The notes beneath the pieces are model-generated. The model was given only the letters and a program-made list of their open reading frames with translations, made no database searches and was not told where the DNA came from. A stretch of 64,000 nt of DNA from an uncultured Candidatus Saccharibacteria bacterium. Its GTDB lineage: Bacteria; Patescibacteriota; Minisyncoccia; UBA6257; WO2-44-18. The DNA lies in contig CAYIBZ010000002.1 in NCBI GenBank assembly GCA_964361795.1, positions 9,362 to 73,361 on the forward strand, given 5' to 3'. Position 1 is the first letter of the stretch. Each line of letters begins with the position of its first letter. Below are positions 57,899-64,000 of the stretch, piece by piece. The position numbers were made by a program, and so were the translations under genes.

Positions 57899-60434
57899 TA
57901 ATCTTATCTGCTAGTCTATCTAAGACCGCTTTTTGAATCAACCTCTTGATGGGGCGGGCGCCGTAATCGGGGTCAAAGCCATGGTCAACAATATATTTCT
58001 TGGCAGAACCGTCAATGGCAATCTTAATATCTCTTTCCTGTAATTTATTTCTGACTAACTCCAATTGAATGTCAACAATCTTTTCAATGTCTTTCTTTTT
58101 CAAAACATTAAAGATAATAACTTCGTCAATTCGGTTCAGAAACTCCGGCTTAAAACTATTTCGCAAAGATCCGCGCACTTTTTCCTTAAAATCGTTTTCC
58201 TGTCTGCTGATGTCTCCATCGGTCAGAGCGGTAAAACCGATCTGAGACATTTCCCGGAAATAATGGCTTCCCACGTTGGAGGTCATGATAATAATGGAAT
58301 TCTTGAAATTAACTATTTTGCCCTTGCTGTCGGTCAAGCGGCCATTATCCAAAATTTGCAGCAGTATGTTAAACACCTCCGGATGCGCTTTTTCAATTTC
58401 GTCAAACAAAATCAAACTGTAGGGCCGGTGTCTTACGATTTCCGTCAACTGCCCCCCATCTTCGTGGCCGACATATCCGGGCGGGGAGCCAATCAGTCTG
58501 GCCACTGAATGCTTTTCCATATATTCGGACATATCAATTCGCACTATGGCCTTTTCGTCGTTGAACATAAACTCCGCCAAAGCTCTAGCCAATTCGGTTT
58601 TTCCAACTCCGGTGGGGCCAAGAAACATGAAAGATCCTAGCGGACGATGTTCGTCCGATAAACCAGCTCTTGCCCGCCGCAAAGCGTTAGAAACCGCGCT
58701 TAAAGCCTCTTCCTGGCCAATAACCCGATTGCTCAAATCATCTTCCAGTCTAGTTAGTTTCCGCATCTCTGATTCCAGCATTCTATTCACCGGAATGCCG
58801 GTCCAGCGCGAAACAACCGCGGCAATATCTTCGGCGTCAATGGACTCTTTGATGGAAGAAAATTTATTTTTCTTTTCAAAATTTTTATATTCTTTTTCCG
58901 ATTGAGGCAAAGCGCCGTATAAAAGCTGGGCAACTTTTTCCAAATCGCCGTCTCTTTCCGCTATTTCCGCTTGATGCTTCAAGTCGTCAATCTTTTTGCG
59001 CAAATTATTTAATTTTTCAAACGCCACTTTTTCGGCGCTCCAATTGGCTGAAAGCGATTCATTACTATCCTTGAGAACGGCAATTTCTTTCTCTATGGCT
59101 TTTAAGCGATTTTTATTTTTGACCGCTGATTCTTTCATCAAAGCGGAACGTTCTATTTCAAGGCGAGTCAGCTCCCTCCGGGTTTTATCAATATCTGAAG
59201 GCAAACTTTCCGTTGCCAAACGGCGCGCGGCCGACGCTTCGTCAATCAAATCCACCGCTTTATCCGGCAAAAATCGGTCGGTAATATAGCGGGCCGAGAG
59301 ATTAACCGCTGACACAATTGCCTCATCGCTAATTCTCAAGCCATGATGAGTTTCGTATTTTTCTTTCAAACCGCGGAGAATTGCCATCGCGTCTTCGGTA
59401 GTCGGTTCTTCCACCATGATTGGCTGAAAACGCCGCTCAAGCGCCGGATCTTTTTCTATATGGCGCTGATATTCCCGAATGGTAGTCGCGCCGATAGCGT
59501 GCAGTTCTCCCCTTGCCAATGGCGGCTTCAAAAGATTAGAAGCGTCAATCGCGCCTTCCGCCGCTCCCGCGCCGACAATCGTGTGAATTTCGTCAATAAA
59601 CAAAATAAGGCGTCCGGCGGAATTTTGAATTTCTTTCACGAATGCTTTTAGACGATCTTCAAATTCGCCTCGGAATTTTGTGCCGGCAATTAAAGATCCA
59701 AGATCAAGCATGATGATTTCTTTATCTTTTAGGGTTTCGGGGACGTCGCCGGCGATAATTCTTTGGGCCAATCCCTCAACAATCGCCGTTTTTCCGACGC
59801 CGGGTTCGCCAATCAAAACCGGATTATTTTTTGTGCGCCGGGAAAGAACCTGAATCAATCTCCGCAATTCTTCGCCTCTTCCAATCACCGGATCTAATTT
59901 TCCCGCCTTTGCTTTCTCGGTCAAATTAATCGCGTACTTTTCCAAAACTTGAAACTTGCTTTCCGGAGTTTCGTCAGTGATTCTTGACGAACCTCGCAGT
60001 TGGGCCAAAGCTCTCAACGCCACTTCGCGCCGCGCGCCCACCCTTTCTAAAATCTTCTGGGCTGAAGATGAACAGTCAAAAATGCTTAACAGCAAATGTT
60101 CGCAGGAAATATATTCATCCTTTTGAGAAAGCGCGATTTTGCCCGCTCTATCCAAAACCTGCATTAATTCCGGCGAAAGATAAAGCTGTCCCACGCTGGA
60201 AGCGGTAAAAATTTTAGGCATCTTTTTCATCTCTTCTTCAATCTCTTTATACAAACTGTCTAAATTGACTCCGGACTTAACTAACATCGGTCTGATCAGA
60301 GATTGTTCGTCGCCCATTAGCGAATGAAGCAGATGAAGAACCCTAAATTCTCCGTGATTTTTTTGCGCCGCTAATTCCTGGGCGTTTTGCAATGCTTCTT
60401 GAGCTTTTATTGTGAACCTATTAAATGATGGCAT
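57825..60434 (-). CDS. clpB: ATP-dependent chaperone ClpB (AAA+ disaggregase)
   Basis: Two AAA+ modules ([15 protein letters not shown] Walker A; [16 protein letters not shown] second Walker A), a coiled-coil middle domain, and the N-terminal [16 protein letters not shown] Clp_N. Start set at the internal ATG (60432-60434) matching canonical ClpB N-termini. The ORF-track extension to 60581 is not supported. Confidence 0.8.
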   Translation of the reverse strand: MPSFNRFTIKAQEALQNAQELAAQKNHGEFRVLHLLHSLMGDEQSLIRPMLVKSGVNLDSLYKEIEEEMKKMPKIFTASSVGQLYLSPELMQVLDRAGKIALSQKDEYISCEHLLLSIFDCSSSAQKILERVGARREVALRALAQLRGSSRITDETPESKFQVLEKYAINLTEKAKAGKLDPVIGRGEELRRLIQVLSRRTKNNPVLIGEPGVGKTAIVEGLAQRIIAGDVPETLKDKEIIMLDLGSLIAGTKFRGEFEDRLKAFVKEIQNSAGRLILFIDEIHTIVGAGAAEGAIDASNLLKPPLARGELHAIGATTIREYQRHIEKDPALERRFQPIMVEEPTTEDAMAILRGLKEKYETHHGLRISDEAIVSAVNLSARYITDRFLPDKAVDLIDEASAARRLATESLPSDIDKTRRELTRLEIERSALMKESAVKNKNRLKAIEKEIAVLKDSNESLSANWSAEKVAFEKLNNLRKKIDDLKHQAEIAERDGDLEKVAQLLYGALPQSEKEYKNFEKKNKFSSIKESIDAEDIAAVVSRWTGIPVNRMLESEMRKLTRLEDDLSNRVIGQEEALSAVSNALRRARAGLSDEHRPLGSFMFLGPTGVGKTELARALAEFMFNDEKAIVRIDMSEYMEKHSVARLIGSPPGYVGHEDGGQLTEIVRHRPYSLILFDEIEKAHPEVFNILLQILDNGRLTDSKGKIVNFKNSIIIMTSNVGSHYFREMSQIGFTALTDGDISRQENDFKEKVRGSLRNSFKPEFLNRIDEVIIFNVLKKKDIEKIVDIQLELVRNKLQERDIKIAIDGSAKKYIVDHGFDPDYGARPIKRLIQKAVLDRLADKIIGGEIKNGDKVKIGFAGSTITVSA

Positions 60435-60611
60435 AGCAGTAATGTCTAAACGCTCATTTTTCTTAATTGAAGGCCTCGATTTTGCGACCAAGTTCGAGGC
60501 GCGCTGACGAATCGTACCTGTGTACGATGAGGAAGCGTAACGAAGAAATTGTCCAAAATCGGGCCTCCTTCGGTAAGACAATTTTGATCAACTCCTTTGT
60601 TGCTCAAGCTC

Positions 60612-60629
60612 GATGTATACATATACATC
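60612..60629. promoter_or_regulatory. perfect palindrome GATGTATA-CA-TATACATC in the clpB upstream region (candidate operator)
   Basis: 8-bp inverted repeat with a 2-nt spacer, about 180 nt upstream of the clpB ATG in the only sizeable intergenic region there. Not CIRCE and not a CtsR box. Confidence 0.3.
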
Positions 60630-60712
60630 TCGCTCTCGCGCCTCGGATTTGAAACAAAATTGTTCTTATCAATTGTGGAAAATGAGTGTTTAGGCATTAC
60701 TTTAGTATAACA

Positions 60713-61936
60713 TTAAATCTTTCTTTCGGCAAGAGAAACATTTATTAGAATCTCTTTGCCGTTTCGCAAAATTTTGAGCTGAATAGTATCTCCAACCTGA
60801 TATTGCTGGATTAAAGACCCAAGCGAATTATCCCTATTAACCTTTTGTCCATTGACCTCTAAAATAATATCTTCCGCTAAAATACCCGCTTTGCTTGCCG
60901 GAGAATCGGGCATAATCGCCGGACCGTCCTCTCCGCCTCTTACTATAACTCCATAATCAACCAATAATTTTTCTTTTTCTTTAACTTCCGGCGTTATCAA
61001 ATGATAACGTACTCCAAGATACGACACCAGAATCTTGCCAGTGGATCTTACCGATTGGATATCGCGTTTTGCCTTATTAATAGGTATGGCAAACCCTATA
61101 TTTTGCGCGCCGGAAGCCACCGCCGTGTTAATGCCTACAACTTCTCCGCGCAAGTTTAACAACGGCCCGCCGGAATTCCCGGGATTAATAGCGGCGTCAG
61201 TCTGAATAATGCCCTCCAACGTTTCCCGCAGGCCGCGTCCGCCGGAAGCGGTAATTTTTCTTGAAAGCCCGGAGACTATGCCCGCTGACACCGTATTGCT
61301 GAATTCTCCGAGAGCGTTGCCAATAGCGACAACTGTTTGGCCCAATTTGATTGAATCTGAATCTCCCAGCTTTAAGACCGGCAAATTTTCCGCCTTAATT
61401 TTAACTACCGCCAAATCTTGAAAAGGATCGGTTGCCGCTACTTTCCCCGAATACTTTTTCCCGTCGCTGGTGAAAATCGTATAAGAAGCGTCGGGATCGC
61501 TAACTACGTGCTTATTCGTCAAAATCAAACCGTCGGCGGAAACCACGAATCCGCTCCCGCCGCCAATTTCTTTCTCTTGCGTTCCCTTCGGGCAAGGGCG
61601 GGAAAATTCAAATTGCTCAAAAAATTCCTCAAATCCGGGCGGCAAATTTCCAAACGGACTGTACGGGCACTGTTCAATAATAGGGACATTTTTAGTCACC
61701 ACGATAGAAACTACGGACGGCGCCGCGATTTCAACGGCTTTAATAATCCGTTCTTCGTAATCAAAAGCGGATCGATATTCCTCCGCTGGCTTAGGCGGCT
61801 GTACTGGCGTTGACGTGGCTACCTCCGCAGTCTCAGGAAAAATTCGGCGCCATAAATCTTTCAAGAAATTCGCCTCGGCAATCTGGCTATAAATTAGAAA
61901 ACCGGCGATTATTCCTAAAAATAAACTTTTTTTCAT
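60713..61936 (-). CDS. htrA: HtrA/DegP-family serine protease with PDZ domain
   Basis: Trypsin-like domain with His (TNKHVV), Asp and GNSGGPLLN catalytic Ser motif. C-terminal PDZ. N-terminal signal/anchor. Confidence 0.8.
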   Translation of the reverse strand: MKKSLFLGIIAGFLIYSQIAEANFLKDLWRRIFPETAEVATSTPVQPPKPAEEYRSAFDYEERIIKAVEIAAPSVVSIVVTKNVPIIEQCPYSPFGNLPPGFEEFFEQFEFSRPCPKGTQEKEIGGGSGFVVSADGLILTNKHVVSDPDASYTIFTSDGKKYSGKVAATDPFQDLAVVKIKAENLPVLKLGDSDSIKLGQTVVAIGNALGEFSNTVSAGIVSGLSRKITASGGRGLRETLEGIIQTDAAINPGNSGGPLLNLRGEVVGINTAVASGAQNIGFAIPINKAKRDIQSVRSTGKILVSYLGVRYHLITPEVKEKEKLLVDYGVIVRGGEDGPAIMPDSPASKAGILAEDIILEVNGQKVNRDNSLGSLIQQYQVGDTIQLKILRNGKEILINVSLAERKI

Positions 61937-61951
61937 AAAGCTTCTCTCTTT

Positions 61952-63121
61952 TTATTTTAACAATTTTATCAAAACAGAGGTAACGTAATCAAGGTCTTTT
62001 TTCGCGGTTTGCCTCCCTAAACTAAACCTTAAACTTCCCGACGCCCGCTCTTTGGAAAACCCCATCTCTTCTAATACGAAAGATGATCTGGAGATTCGAG
62101 TAGTGCAAGCGGCGCCGGGAGACGCGGCAACGCCCGCTAAATCAAGTTTAATTTGCAGTTCATGGGCGTTCTGTCCCGGAAAATAGACGTTCAAATTATT
62201 CGGCGATCTATTTCTCATTGACCCGTTAAGTTCTAATTTTGGCAGTGTTTTATGAAGTTTCGCCCAAAAATAATTCCGCAACCCCGCCGTTCGCTTGCTT
62301 TCTTTTTCGCACATTCGGTCCGCGATTTCCGCCGCTTTGGCAAACCCAACTATATAAGGGACATTATCAGTGCCGGTAATGATCGGCTTCAAGGCCTTTG
62401 GATCGCGAACATACAATGCGCCGATCCCTTTCGGCCCATAAATTTTATGCGCTGATAGAGTCATTAAATCCACGCCCAAATCGTTTACGTTGCAATTTAA
62501 ATACTGAAACGCTTGAACAGCGTCAGTATGGAAAAGGGGCTTCATCATTGAATAAAAATTATTTATGATTCTAGAAATTTCCCTAATCGGCTGAATCGTC
62601 CCAATCTCGTTATTGGCATACATCACCGAAACCAAAACTGTCCGTTCATTAAGAGCGGATTCCAGTTTCTTCAAATCCACAATTCCTTCTCGGTTAACCG
62701 GAATATAAACTATCTCAACTCCGTCTTTTGCCAGATCTTTGCAGGTTTCCAAAATAGAATCGTGTTCAATCGCCGAAACTATAATACGAGGATTCAGAAT
62801 ATAGGATTTAGAATACGGGAATTTGGAAATAGCCTTTTTCCTAAATTCTGAATTCTGAATTCTATATCCTCTCGCAACTCCTTGGAGCGCTAAATTATTC
62901 GCCTCTGTCGCCGAACCGGTAAAAATAATCTGCTTATAATCCGCTCCGATGGATTCGGCAATTTTTCGGCGCGCGGCAAAAACCGCCCGCGAAGCTTCCT
63001 GCCCAAAACCATGCAGGGCATTTGGGTTGCCGAAAATTTTTCCAAAATACGGCTTCATCGCCTTTTCCACTGCCGGATCCACCGGCGTTGAGGCCGCGTA
63101 ATCTAGGTAGACTTTTTCCAT
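61952..63121 (-). CDS. cysteine desulfurase (IscS/NifS family, PLP-dependent)
   Basis: SAHKIYGPKGIGALYV PLP-lysine motif, GSATEANNLALQG, and a C-terminal active-site region. Carries an in-frame insertion of about 22 aa, encoded by a heptamer-repeat hairpin at 62790-62869. Confidence 0.8.
   Translation of the reverse strand: MEKVYLDYAASTPVDPAVEKAMKPYFGKIFGNPNALHGFGQEASRAVFAARRKIAESIGADYKQIIFTGSATEANNLALQGVARGYRIQNSEFRKKAISKFPYSKSYILNPRIIVSAIEHDSILETCKDLAKDGVEIVYIPVNREGIVDLKKLESALNERTVLVSVMYANNEIGTIQPIREISRIINNFYSMMKPLFHTDAVQAFQYLNCNVNDLGVDLMTLSAHKIYGPKGIGALYVRDPKALKPIITGTDNVPYIVGFAKAAEIADRMCEKESKRTAGLRNYFWAKLHKTLPKLELNGSMRNRSPNNLNVYFPGQNAHELQIKLDLAGVAASPGAACTTRISRSSFVLEEMGFSKERASGSLRFSLGRQTAKKDLDYVTSVLIKLLK
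62790..62869. repeat. 80-nt hairpin-forming heptamer-repeat insertion (GGATTCA GAATATA GGATTTA GAATACG ... TAAATTC TGAATTC TGAATTC) in-frame in the cysteine desulfurase gene
   Basis: Two arms of GAATTC-type heptamers in inverted orientation around TAGCC. Encodes about 22 extra aa (RIQNSEFRKKAISKFPYSKSYILN) absent from canonical IscS. Shares the 11-mer GGATTTAGAAT with the 45380-45414 tract in a GT4 gene. Confidence 0.5.
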
Positions 63122-63706
63122 ATGTTGATAAAACCCGCAAGACTTAGGTCCTATATGTCTTATAATATTTCTTTGACAAACACAATCAAAGTCTGTATCC
63201 TTAAATGCAAAATGAAAGACGTACTGCTTTTCAATACATCGCTTGGTTTGCGGCTCTCACCGGAACAGATCGTGCGAGAAGTTATCAATTTCATGGAGGC
63301 GGAGCCAAGATACGAATATAAAATCACGATTGGGACTGATTCTTTGAAAGCTTCCGATAACACCGCTGACTTTGTCACCGCGATAGTGATTCATCGAGTT
63401 GGAAAAGGCGGACGCTATTTTTGGCGCCGAATAGAAGATGAAACTAAATTCCACACATTAAGAGACCGGATTTGGAAAGAAGTTTTGATGTCGCTGGATA
63501 TTGCCAAAAGCTTCCTCGCGCTTCTCAACGCTTCGGCCAGCCAATCCATAAAGTTTGATTTCGCGATTCACGTTGATGTCGGCCAGAATGGCGCCACTCG
63601 CGTCATGATTCAAGAGTTGGTCGGCATGATCCGCGCCAACAATTTTGAGGCCAAGACCAAGCCGGAAAGCTATGCCGCTTCCAATGTTGCCGATAGGCAC
63701 GTGTAA
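63122..63706 (+). CDS. hypothetical protein (possible RNase H-like fold, YkuK/DUF458-like)
   Basis: 194-aa ORF. True start may be the internal MKDVLLF. No confident motif. Weak resemblance to the YkuK family. Confidence 0.25.
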   Translation: MLIKPARLRSYMSYNISLTNTIKVCILKCKMKDVLLFNTSLGLRLSPEQIVREVINFMEAEPRYEYKITIGTDSLKASDNTADFVTAIVIHRVGKGGRYFWRRIEDETKFHTLRDRIWKEVLMSLDIAKSFLALLNASASQSIKFDFAIHVDVGQNGATRVMIQELVGMIRANNFEAKTKPESYAASNVADRHV

Positions 63707-63785
63707 AATCAACGAATAGCGAATCCATTATGAATAAACGAATTCGTATATTCGAAAAAGATTCGTAATTAGTTGATACCCACTA

Positions 63786-64000
63786 TGGACAAAATCGTCA
63801 TTGATATAGAAACTAAAAACACTTTCGCGGATGTTGGCGGTCAAGAAAATATAAAAGACCTGCAAGTTTCCTTTGTGGGTCTTTATTCATATAACAAAGA
63901 CCAATATCTGTCTTTTTACGAAAATGAACTTGACAAGTTGGGGCCAATTTTGAAAAATGCCGGACTCGTTATCGGCTTCAGCATCAATCGTTTTGATATT
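63786..64000 (+). CDS. partial (5' end only) DEDD-type 3'-5' exonuclease-like protein
   Basis: MDKIVIDIETKNTFAD resembles DEDD exonuclease motif I (D-x-E). The ORF runs off the window end. Confidence 0.3.

Noticed and set aside
60435-60581. N-terminal 49-aa extension of the ClpB ORF, and the overlapping 83-aa ORF 60446..60697.
   Set aside because: The canonical ClpB N-terminus ([10 protein letters not shown]...) begins at the internal ATG at 60432-60434. The extension is basic and low-complexity without homology, and was treated as leader sequence.
1-64000. Scan for CRISPR arrays, rRNA, tRNA and prophage or integrase genes.
   Set aside because: No spacer-separated direct-repeat array was found. 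No GC-rich intergenic segment had tRNA-like length or structure. No integrase, transposase or phage structural motifs were seen. The longer intergenic regions are AT-rich promoter or terminator sequence, apart from the two small inverted-repeat units reported above.

Overview
This is an AT-rich, gene-dense bacterial window with about 55 CDS, nearly all on the minus strand. I found no rRNA, tRNA or CRISPR. From 54 to about 57,200 it is dominated by one very large cell-envelope glycan/glycoconjugate biosynthesis supercluster. It contains four NAD-dependent epimerase/dehydratases, two Gfo/Idh/MocA oxidoreductases, and an SDR fused to a UDP-sugar-dehydrogenase-like domain. There are two GT2 enzymes, five GT4 glycosyltransferases (one a tandem GT4-GT4 fusion), at least four polytopic GT-C-like membrane proteins including a PMT/ArnT-like one, and a Wzx-like flippase. 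Four TagB/TagF-like paralogs sit near a small sugar/polyol-phosphate nucleotidyltransferase. An acylneuraminate-cytidylyltransferase-family enzyme and a UDP-GlcNAc 2-epimerase are present. There are eight SAM methyltransferases, including a TylF-like one. A divergent radical-SAM pair consists of a SPASM-type enzyme and a B12-binding enzyme. The cluster also has a polysaccharide deacetylase and a GNAT. An AMP-forming ligase, an ACP and a ketopantoate-reductase-like gene sit together. A clear UDP-sulfoquinovose synthase (SQD1/SqdB) homolog lies two genes from an Fe-S APS/PAPS reductase (CysH). A membrane desaturase-family protein is included. The cluster ends with a 1297-aa signal-peptide-bearing, Thr/Gly/Ala-rich surface protein with an N-terminal peptidoglycan-binding domain. 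The 3' end encodes housekeeping proteins: ClpB, HtrA, cysteine desulfurase and a partial DEDD-like exonuclease. Architecture and composition suggest a Patescibacteria (candidate phyla radiation; CPR)-like genome, which is an inference. Beyond the genes, the window has unusual small structured DNA. A 178-182 nt element with 25-bp perfect terminal inverted repeats and a nested 16-bp inverted repeat splits one GT-C-like paralog into two frames. A 120-nt intergenic unit is bounded exactly by 14-bp inverted repeats. An identical 47-nt palindrome-containing segment lies in-frame in two different GT4 genes. A family of AT-rich heptamer/14-mer tandem repeats is embedded in-frame in GT4 genes and in the cysteine desulfurase gene.
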